The notes beneath the pieces were generated by a model. It did no database searches. It saw nothing but the letters and a program-made list of their open reading frames with translations, and had not been told where the DNA came from. Of a stretch of 64,000 nucleotides of DNA, positions 39,601-50,268 are shown piece after piece (the first letter of the stretch is position 1; each line of letters opens with the position of its first letter). The translations under genes and the position numbers were made by a program. This DNA is from Tubulanus polymorphus. Its lineage: Eukaryota; Animalia; Nemertea. Location of the stretch: NCBI RefSeq assembly GCF_964204645.1, contig NC_134034.1, positions 8,258,962-8,322,961 on the forward strand, read 5' to 3'.

Positions 39601-40656
39601 CAGGGTTCATAGCCTCCAGACCCAACTTAATTCAAGTACTTTCAAGGACCTATTTCAACAAAATTCAAGTACTATTTTCTGAAAAATACCATATAAACAC
39701 TAGTATTTAAGGCGAATTTATTGCAATGAAAATTCCTTTATTGCAGAAATTTAAAAGAAGTACAAACGCAAATCATCATAAAGAAACATCCACGCGTAGC
39801 AGAGCACTTGATAACTTTGGAATCTTTCAGCTTTATTTTAAGAAAGATTTACTACATGTATCAGAAATTAATAACTTTAAAACAAGAAATCTGTGGGCCT
39901 TTCAACGGAACTACAGGTAGACCTCGCCATCAAAAAGCCATACCATCGAAAGCAATAATAACAAAATTATACAAAATTGAATTACAGCTCATCGACCTAT
40001 TTACAATCGATTAATTTGCTCCTTTTGAGTTTCGATGGCTGAAATTACATCGGCCAACTCATGTGACATGTCTTTAGCCGAATTTCTCATGGTCACAGAT
40101 TTTAAAATGAGCTCATGAGTTTCACTTTGTTTGCGAGATTTCACCTAGCTTCTGTTGAAATTGGTCTGCGTTGAATCCAACTTTTGTATGATTTTGACCA
40201 ACCAGGCGTCAGAGAAATGGCACTTTCTCATACTGGCCTATCTAATTTTGAATCCAACAAATTTCGATGACCGGCTTAAACGTCTAAATGATAACAGCTT
40301 AACGCTTAATCATGATGAGCTCGGGATACCCTGACATAAAAAAATCACTTTTCGTTATTTAATGCTCCAAAGATCGTCAAAATCAAGAACTGTCTTTATT
40401 TTAATTTGAGGTCATTATTTACTACCAATAATCTATTTAGAATTATTTTGAATAGTCTCACACGTGGTTGGCAGTGCGCGGGCGTATTGAAGTCAATACA
40501 ACAAACTAATTGACAAAATTTGGCCAACATAAAAAATTCAAGGACTTCCTATGATTTTTACTGAAATTTTGAAAATTCAAGCATTTTCAAGGCCTTGAAA
40601 ACGCATTTTGTGATTCAAGCACTATTAAGCACTTTCCAGGATCGCTACGAACCCTG
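39601..40656. mobile_element. Non-autonomous hAT element with 5-bp TSD (hAT5-like)
   Basis: TIR CAGGGTTCATAG/CTACGAACCCTG, GTGAA on both flanks, subterminal TTCAAG(G/C/T)AC repeats. Confidence 0.8.
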
Positions 40657-41115
40657 GTGAAGCATGAATATACGTAAAAGGACATGTGTTCTTCCGAAAC
40701 GAAATGTAGGTTCCAACATCCAATAAATAACCAACTTGATAAATAAGCAATGGATTCCAATGAAATTCAATACGTTAGCGATGCTTTTATATTTCTGCAT
40801 TGAATGTTTTAAAAGTTCCAGAGAGAAACTAAGCCTCGTTTGGAAGTTATTTTGTACCAAACGAAGAAAGTTTCATATGCGATAGCAAAATGGCCTTTGC
40901 TAAAGCGAAAGTCCATAATGTCCATAATGATGGTATCAAGGGAGGCAGGACATATCATCCAGTGTGAATAACTATATTTTCAAATTGAGAAATCTTTATT
41001 TGTTTCAAAATTGACAAATAAATTGCCCATGGGCAAAGTGTGGTTTACCTTGAAAGCTCGAGCTAAAAACAAATTTTTCACCTTTGGGCTTTTTTACATG
41101 GAAAAAATATCGCAA

Positions 41116-41947
41116 AACTAGGGGTCCAGGGACACCATGCCCACTTGGGAAGTGGTTTCAAATGCTCAACAATCTAACAATTTCAATATTCAACGCCCCC
41201 TGGTGACCATATACAAAAATCAACGACCTTGAAACTCACCACAATCATAGAACATGTCAGCAGCTACGATTTTGTAATTGATTGTGATTACAAAATATGC
41301 CTCATTACCAATTTAATATGGAAATACTAAGTCATTCTACTATTCAACGCCCCCTGGTGACCACATTCAAAACCCAATGACCTCGAATCTCACCACAATC
41401 ATAGAACATGTCATGAACTACAACTTTGCAATTGATCATGGTAACAAAATATGCCTAGGTACCAATATAATAAGGAAATACTAAGTTATTCTACTATTCA
41501 ACGCCACCTGGTGACCATATAGAAAAACTAATGTCCTTAAAACTCGCAACAATCATAAATGATGTCATGAGCTACAACTTTCCAATTGATTGTGGTTACA
41601 AAATATGCATAGGTACGAATATAATAAAGAAATGCGAAGATATTGTATTATTCAACGCCCCTGGTGGCCATATACGAAATCCAATTACCTTGAAACTCAC
41701 CACAATCATAGAACACGTTATGAGCTACAACTTTCTAATTGATTGTGGTAGCAAAATACGCTTGAAGATGTGTCTAGGGTAGCTACATGTGTAACCCAAA
41801 TATCAAGACATTACCTTGAAGCGTCTTAAAAACTTCCAAAAATAACTGGATTCCGTCTACGGACGGACGGACGCTCGAACGGACGGACGACAGACAAAAA
41901 GTGAACGCAATAGCCCGCTGGGACTAAAGTCCCAAGTGGGCTAAAAA
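41116..41947 (-). mobile_element. HINE-A copy (internal deletion)
   Basis: Both ends present, with 154-bp units at 41187, 41341, 41495 and 41649. The empty paralogous site is at ~34030. Confidence 0.9.
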
Positions 41948-42667
41948 ACATCTACGTTGTGCACGGGAAATTTGTCTAATAGCGTAGATTTCAAGAATTA
42001 TTCTAAAATTATAACTTCGTCCAGAGCGTCATCTCTGTGTTAAAATTGAAACAGTACATTGAATATGTGCGCGCTTTTACGTTACCAGCTTTAATACAGT
42101 CACTGTTAGAATGAATGGCAGCTTATTGGAACACTGCCTGTTTCTTGGAAACTTAAACTAGGCCACATGTCAAGGCATGTTTTCACACGATGCACACTAG
42201 AATTCAAACATACGTAGCTCATACGCCGGCAGTGGGTCGGTCGGTCGGCCGTTTTTATCAAAAATAAAATTTATTTCAATGAATCCCAGAAAAAAGTTTT
42301 CACTCGGTACCTCTGAAGTCGAGTTGGTCGGGTTACGACAAACAGACCATTATTTTGGGATGGCCTAAAATTCATATGATGTCACATATCAGAGGGTGGC
42401 TGAATATTAGGTCTTGGAAACCTCTTCCAATGTTGGCCACGGAAGCTAAAATACCGGTACAGAAGTAATCGGCTATTAGATCGTTTTAAATCCAGGAATT
42501 TACCACTACAATATTCAGACCTCGACAGACCTTATAGTTTGCTGCTTAGTATTTTCAGGTCACAAAAAATAACAATTTATTACAAATTCTATCGAACAGA
42601 AAACACAGCGCTCATCTTCTGCTACGATTATTCAGCCTATTTTCAAGTCAAACGTTCACGCGTTAAA

Positions 42668-43473
42668 AGGCTGGCTTATGTCGACAAGCAACATGACGCC
42701 TACCGACGCAACTGGGTTTATCGCCGATTAGCGGCAACTAGCGGCCTACGAGAGGCCGTCAGTTGCTGCTCTATCGGTTCGACATAAGCCGGCTTGCGAC
42801 GGCAACCCGACGCCTACCGACTCGTCGCAAGCCGTATCTAGCTAGTTGCCCATGTTCTACTCCGGCCTACGGTAGGCGGACAGTTGCTTTCAATCGCAAC
42901 CGACATAAGCTCATCTGCGACGCAGCAATTGAGCGCAGCAATTCCAGCCAATGAGAGACCACATATACATAGTACAAATTATGACCGCTAGTTAGCGTCA
43001 TTAGTAATTAGTCATTAACTTTCAAAATTCAAGCAGTTCCATACGTAAACCAAACTTTCAGCATGGCAGATGATTGACTGAAGATCTAGAAACGAAATTG
43101 GTAGAATTATGGGGTGACCTGCCATCTTTATATGATGTCGCTAGCACATTGTATTCAAAAGAGAATCAGAAAGAATAAGATCTTAAAGAAATAGCTTATC
43201 TACTGGAATTAAATTTCCTAATAATTCAAAATAATTCAAATCTATTGTCAAAATGCTTATCACGTGATCATCGGTGGTCCGTCCGCTAAGTTGCCAGTAA
43301 TCGTACCGACATAAGCAGGGAAGCAACTGGGCGGATCTAGTATCCCGCTAGTCGGCCTCAGTTGCTGGGAATCGGAGCGCAGTCGACATAAGCTGGGCTG
43401 CGATCGCGGTCGCTCTCAGTTGCGTCGGTAGGAGTCGGTAGGCGTCGCGTTGCATGTCGACATAAGCCAGCCT
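42668..43473 (+). mobile_element. PIF/Harbinger non-autonomous element, copy 2
   Basis: Same TIRs and MADF-like remnant as 19379-20129. Confidence 0.8.
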
Positions 43474-44669
43474 TTACAGCATCACTGTAGTGTACTGTAC
43501 GAGCTTGTGTGTGTGTGTGTGGTGTAGCACTCCGCGTGCATGTGGAGGCCTAGTGTAAGTGAATATTCACTTACACCTCAATGTCAATCAAAACAATCAC
43601 CGGGTATTAAAATGAAACAATACCTATGGCAGATGAGTGAAATAATTACATCCTCACCAGCAATGAGCATTTGAAATCGGCACATATACGGCACCTAGTC
43701 CAATGAAACGTACGCCATTCTATAGCTTTCCCATAATTATTTTAGTAGCGCCAGAATTCCCCGTATATCCCAAAAACAGCCAATCCCATTCCCATTCGCT
43801 CGTAGAGACGACGCCCCCCAATCGAGGTCATTGCAATTTTATACGCGAGAGCTAAGAATTTTCCCGCCAAAAACGTTTTTCGTAGAATTTTAACTCAGTT
43901 GACCATGTCATCGACGAAGGTTCGCCATGTCTTCAATCGCATCAATTATACGTCGTTTAAGCCGAGAACCAATGAAACAAATGCTCAAATAAAAAAATGT
44001 ACCGCGATTTTACATGAATTGGCTCAATGCCAACATCATATCGCTGACAAAGGTAAACCAAAAATGCTACATGAGTGAAGATACAGTACCTTAATACATA
44101 ATACAGTATAGACCCATCCCTAGGAGAATGTAAAATCACTTTTTCTCATGCTCCAGTTAGCCAATAAGCTACCTTTATAAAGCCATGGGTAATGTGAAGT
44201 AAGAAAAAAATAAAAAAGAATGATACATGAATCAATTGAAGAAATTACAACGAGTAAGAGAAAACAAAGATTTTTTGTTTATTGTTCCCTATACTGGGTA
44301 ATCAGTGTTCTGATGATTGGTCAGTAGTGTGTTGACAGGTATGAACAGTGGCCTCTATCCAGCGGTAAGAGTTTAGCATCTTGACTAACTGATCAGTGGT
44401 CAGCAAGTCCCTATTGACCAGTGCTTAGTCAGTGTTACCTGGCCTATTGAATGTTCAACAATTACAAACCTTTTTGGTCAATTTTCAAGAGTCATCAATT
44501 GAGCATTTTTGTTTTTGTTTTGAAGTTAACCACCCCTTTAATGAAACTGGTCCCTGGGGCAGACGCCCCAAGTGGGCTTCACACTGAATGCAAATGGGCT
44601 GAAAAGCAACATCTCATTCAAAATATAGATGTGTAGCAAAACAAAACATTGCTCATTTGTAGTACATAC

Positions 44670-44786
44670 CTTATTGAAGACAAGATCAATAGGACATCCA
44701 CAGTTGATATCAACAAAATCTAAACAGACTTTTGATTGTATGAGTTCGGCACATCGAGTCATACTGTCTACGTGACTACCACAAAG
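44670..44786 (-). CDS. DUS3L: DUS3L exon 5 (catalytic DINCGCPID)
   Basis: TAG/GTATGT sites, 117 nt. Contains the Dus catalytic NxGCP motif. Confidence 0.95.
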
Positions 44787-45047
44787 CTATAAACATATAC
44801 ATACGATACAGAACAAATCAGCTTAAGCTTAGTTCAAAATACATTGTTACATCAACATACAATTGGACTGGAACTAACTCATCATGCACTGTACGGTAGT
44901 CAGGTATAAATTCATGAAAGTAGAATTGGCAGATATATACGTTTTAGGATCTATTTCTTACACATTCGAGATCCCATGATGTATCATTATAGTAATTACT
45001 TCACTAATTTTTAATGACATGGAATTCACTAATGGAGCAATTATTAC

Positions 45048-45200
45048 CTGAGCACCAAATATATCTTCAGATGAATGACGTTTTAAGAGAGCCCATTCAG
45101 ATTGTTGCCCTTGTAGCAGATTTGTGGCCATAGCCATTTCACCACAAGTAATATCAACTCCATATTCTTTACATACTCGACGAAATGGCAAATTACCAAC
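45048..45200 (-). CDS. DUS3L: DUS3L exon 4 (VGNLPFRR...EDIFGAQ)
   Basis: TAG/GTAATA sites, 153 nt. Conserved [12 protein letters not shown] and SEWALLKRH motifs. Confidence 0.95.
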
Positions 45201-45284
45201 CTATAACAAATGAATCATTGAGAAATGATACCACACAAATATGAAGGAAGAGGGTATTTAAATAAATCGTTTTCTTATACATAC

Positions 45285-45326
45285 TGTGGTCAAAGGAGCT
45301 AAATAGAGTTTGTTGCTAAAGTCGAT
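45285..45326 (-). CDS. DUS3L: DUS3L exon 3 (IDFSNKLYLAPLTT)
   Basis: 42-nt phase-0 exon with CAG/GTATGT sites. LYLAPLTT starts the Dus FMN-binding TIM barrel. Confidence 0.93.
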
Positions 45327-45721
45327 CTGAAAACCGAAATGAAATAAATGATAAAAAATTTCTATGTACCAGGTTAGTCAGAATGAAACTGAAAACAGTC
45401 ACGCAATAATATTTGTGGATCAAATATTTCAGGATTCTTAGTCATTAGCCATTTTGCATGGACAAATATATGGGTTCAAAGTTAGGGGGAACAGAAGGGA
45501 TAACATTATTAAATGATAATAATAAATAGGAAATGTCAAAACACTGCATGTTCCTTTCATGACCTTCAATCAAATATGACAGGCTATCCATGCACCTAAT
45601 TGAGTCATGATTGTACTGAAGCCAAAATCCCAGTGTCTATCTTTTCAACTTGAAAAATAGTACTAATTCTGATTGAATTAAATCTGTTGGAAGTTCTTTC
45701 TTCTATTTATGGATGACTTAC

Positions 45722-46487
45722 GGTTTTTTTTTCATTCGGACGCAGTCGAATGACATCTTCGTCGGTAAGAGCTCCAGCTCGAGAAGAATGATTCACATCA
45801 AGTTTAACATCACCGCTATCAATACATCCTGCATTGGACTGAACATTAGCAGTTACACAATCTGCCTGGGCTGATACGTTTTGACTTGTAGATGTGATCA
45901 TTGTTTTTGATGTTACTTTTGTTTCAAATTGCGGGACGATATTTTCTGCTTTGAAAAATATTTCCGACCGAGGGAAACAGTGTCGTTTTTGTCGCAAAGC
46001 TACCTGTAGGCCTTTGTTGAAATCATATCGGTATTGAAAATCATTTTTCGATTTACACAATAGTTCATCATTGACAACGTTCTCTTTCTTGTCAGTCAAA
46101 TGAGAAGATGCAAAACGGCAAGTTACACCGAATCGACAATATCCTGTCTGCTCAAACACATAACAACTAATCCCTAAGTCATTAGGTTTAGTCTCAAAAT
46201 ATTTGTCAACATCGTGTAAAAATCTACATTTATCTCCGTAGCTACAATGAGTATCATTGACAATCGTCGGACACAGCCGGCTGGCAAAATTCAATCGATT
46301 ATGTTTACGACGATTTTGGTTTTTCCCAATTAATTTGAATCGTTTGCCTTTCCGCTTTTTACTTGGTGGTTGCCCATCATCTTCAGTGCCTTGGTCCACA
46401 TTTTCTGATGATTCGAGCAATTGCTGTTTAGCGTCCGACGTTAAATATTCCATAGACAGTTTCGTTTTGTGATCTTTGTCAATGTAC
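45722..46487 (-). CDS. DUS3L: DUS3L exon 2, two CCCH zinc fingers
   Basis: TTTCAG acceptor, GTAAGT donor. Encodes CPTIVNDTHCSYGDKCRFLH and CYVFEQTGYCRFGVTCRFASSH and ends in DEDVIRLRPNEKKT, typical of DUS3L. Confidence 0.93.
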
Positions 46488-47327
46488 CTGAAATTACCAT
46501 ACATAAAAAACAGATTTTTAATATTCAAACAATTAACAAAATTACCAAACTAGAAGAAAATCTGCAGAAAGAGGCATTTTTTACGTAGAACTTCCAACAT
46601 TTCAATTCACTGCACGTGAATTTAGTAGGAGCTTATCAAAAACGCCTATGAATATGTGCTACGTGATCACCTGTGCATGTAAAAACGATGTGAGATCTCG
46701 GGAAATTGACCCGTGCCCGTAAATGTCCTTGCACTTGAAAATTTGAAAACTTTAAAATCAGTCTCTGTTATTTTTTGGCACCCTTCTATGATAATCATAC
46801 GCCCCTACAAAAGAATTTGATCTATGTCGTCCCAATAAGTTGAAATACTACCAGTACGTCAATACTTGTATAAATGGAGAGTCAGACGAACGCTTACGTC
46901 ATATAAACTTATTACATACGTCAATATTTGTAGAAACGGCTAACCACGGAGCGGGGCAGTGCCGTTCAGGTAAGCCTATAAAAATGCTTGGATTTCCCGG
47001 CATGTTAAAAATTTAACTAGGGGTCCAGGGACACCATGCCCACTTGGGAAGTGGTTTCAAATGCTCAACAATCTAACAATTTCAATATTCAATGCCCCCT
47101 GGTGACCATACCAAAAACATTGAAACTCACCACAATCATAGAATATGTCAGCAGCTACGATTTTGTAATTGATTGTGATAACAAAATATGCCTCCTTACC
47201 AATTTAATATGGAAATACTAAGTTATTCTACTATTCAACACCCCCTGGTGACCATATGCAAAACCCAATGACCTTGAAACTCACCACATTCATAGAACAT
47301 GTCATGAACTACAACTTTGCAATTGAT

Positions 47328-48741
47328 AAATGAGGAAATCCCACACTTTGAATTTTAAAATTATACGAACAAATTTATTATTTTAGATTTTTGGCATGGC
47401 TATGAGGAATCCACTTTCCCCTGTTTCTAGCTGGTTTATTTATGGAACATGTCGAAAGTGAAATTCTTCCTCCAAAATTTGGCGACGTTACGTTGATGAT
47501 ATTCTTTGTTTAGTTTCCCCCAATTTTAATGTGAATTGTTTCTTACATTATTTGAACTCTTTATATCCTACTTTGAATTTCACTTTTGAGTGGGAAGAAA
47601 ATAACTGCATCCCGTTTCTCGATGTACTCATTCATAATTTCAAAACAAATTTGAAATTCTCTGTATATAGAAAACCGACTAATGCTGAAGCTTATCTTCA
47701 TTTTTTCTCATTTACTCCTTTGAACATCAAAATTGGAATAGTCCAAGGATTATTTCTACGAGCTCTACGTATTTGTGATCAAATGTTTTAAGATAAAGAA
47801 ATCAAACATATAAGAACTGCTCTCAACAAACTAGCCTATCCAGACAAAATTTTGAACAAAGCTTATTTCAAAGCCCGAATTTCTCACTTTGGACGTAATG
47901 ACCTGACCACAAAACGCAGAGCTCAAAAGAATATTATAATCCCGTATTTACCTATTTTGGAACGCTTTAAATCCACATTAAGCACCATCGACACTAGATT
48001 AGTCTTTCAGTATAATAACAAACTCACTAATGTTTTAACCAAAAATAAACCCAACAGTGAGCTAATTGAGTCCGGGGTTTATAAGATACCATGTAAAGAT
48101 TGTAAAATGATGTACATCGGCGAAACGGGATGTAATCTTAGTCAGCGTATTAAAGAACACAAAATAGATATCCGCAACCAAAAGCCTGAGAGTGGAATAG
48201 CAAATCATGTCTAAACAACCAATCACCAATTTGACTTTCAGAATTCGAAACTTATTTATCCTTGTAAAGATTTTCATAAGAGACACATAGTGGAATCAGC
48301 CCTTATATGGAAACTTTCGAAATCCAATTTATCTACTCATTTAAATACTGGTTTTTCTCCACACAACCAATTATTATCCAGACACATCAACTCTTTATTT
48401 GATTTGGGTTAATGTCACTATGTGTCACTCTGTTATCGCCTCTTCAGTCCACTTCACTTAGTTACATAATTTGTTTTTACTCTGAACTGTTTAGAATTGA
48501 TGTGGTTTCTACGGTACCCCTTGATGTTTTATTGCCTGGTCTTTTTATCTTTAGTTTTGACACACTGCTTCTATTTTAGATCCTGTGAGTTTATATGCTT
48601 TGTTACTTGTTTTTCTGGTCATTCCACCTGATGATGGCTGTTAGTCAACAGCCGCAACGTTGTGGTTTCATTATAATAAATTTGATCGTAGTGGGATTTC
48701 CTCATTTATCTACAGTATACACGGATTATAGTGTTTATTCG
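47328..48741 (+). mobile_element. Penelope-like retroelement, 5'-truncated (RT C-terminus plus GIY-YIG endonuclease)
   Basis: WRRYVDD, PFLD, VYRKPT and GVYKIPCKDC..MYIGETG motifs. 17-bp TSD ACAACTTTGCAATTGAT and a short inverted copy of the 3' end at the 5' junction. Confidence 0.92.
48624..48665 (+). ncRNA. Minimal hammerhead ribozyme of the Penelope 3' end, GAAA>GCAA mutant
   Basis: CCAC-CUGAUGA-U-GGCUGUU-AGUC-AACAGCC-GCAA-CGUU-GUGG. Confidence 0.75.
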
Positions 48742-50110
48742 ACAACTTTGCAATTGATCATGGTAACAAAATATGCCTAGATAGGAGCCTACCAATCTCT
48801 AATAATACTAAGTTATTCGTAACTATTCAACACCCCCTGACCATATAGAATAACTAATGTCCTTAAAACTTGCCACAATCATAGTTGATGTCATGAGCTA
48901 CAACGTTGCAATTGATTGTGGTAACAAAATATGCATAGATACAAATATAATATAGAAATACTAAGTTATCGTATTATTCAACGCCTCCTAGTGGCCATAT
49001 ACAAAAAGTAATGACCTCGAAACTCACCAAAACCATAGAACAATTTATGAGCTAGAACTTTCCAATTGATCGTGGTAACACAATATGCTTAGGTAAAAAA
49101 ATCAAAAATACCCCTTGTATAAAACATCCCTTTCCGAAGAATACCCATCACAAATTGCCATGAGAAATGACAAACCAGTAGGAAGCTACAGGACTCAGAA
49201 TTTGGGCCAAAATTGACATTTTTGGGCACTAAAAAGGTCATAGGAAGGACATCTTGAGTCCGATCGATCCAATTTTTCTGATGGAGATGGGCCCTCAGGG
49301 GTTCAAATATATACAAAAGATCAAGGTAATTGATTCAAGCGTCTTCAAAATTTCCCTCGAAAAGTTCAAAAAGTGCTGATTTTCTGAACAACAATGGCTG
49401 CCAGTCGGCCGTCTTGATTCTGACAGGGCCAGTTCTTGGGCTGAAGATGTGTCTAGGGTAGATTCATGTATAAACCAAATATCAAGACATTACCTTGAAG
49501 CGTTTTCAAAACTTCCCAAAATAACTGGATTCCGTCTACGGACGAACGGATGGACAACGGACGAAAAGTGAACGCAATAGCCCGCTGGGACTAAAGTCCC
49601 AAGTTGGCTAAAAAGACAAGGAGCCAACTCTCCGTCAGATCAGTCGATAGGTATGTCACTTCTGAATTCTGTATATATCATCAATACAATACTCGTCAGC
49701 ACAATCATCCCCAAATCGCTCACCATAAGAAAAGCACTAAATAAAAGTTTCCTCAACTTAATTCCAATAGTGTGGCAAAATTCCAATAACAACCTTAAAT
49801 CAAAATAAAGGACAAATGGCCCAGAATATCACCGACATGATAATCTTGAGAAGCAAAAGGGAAGAAAGCGTAATATGCTTTCAAAGAAGTGGCGTGGCTG
49901 CTGACCTGGTCCCAATAAGTAATTGGTCAGGAAGATCTCATCGAGAGAACAAGTCTGGCATTGTTAATCTTACCAGTCAATCCTGTGACGACATTTACCT
50001 GTGCATTTGAAATTGGGGTGGAGGGGGGATTAATCAAAGCTTAGTTGACAAAGAACCGTGAGATGGAGAGGTAACACTTCATATAAAATAAATAGTTTAG
50101 AGGTATAGGC

Positions 50111-50268
50111 TGTTAGATATGTGGACTTGGGCTTTTTGGGGTTAGAAAAATTGACGGGACAGCGAAGGGATACCGAGCTCGGTTGAGCGTGTGCGTGGAT
50201 TGTGTGTTTAGGAATTAGTCTTTTACAATGCGTGTAAGAGGCCTTACTGGAAATTAAGGTGATTATCA
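50111..50268 (+). repeat. 5' LTR of the GalEa element
   Basis: Identical to 54825-54982 except one substitution (GGTTGAGCG vs GGTTGCGCG). Confidence 0.97.

Larger units (their letters stand above)
47015..49614 (-). mobile_element. HINE-A copy interrupted by a Penelope-like element
   Basis: Both ends present. The array resumes in register at 48742. Confidence 0.88.
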
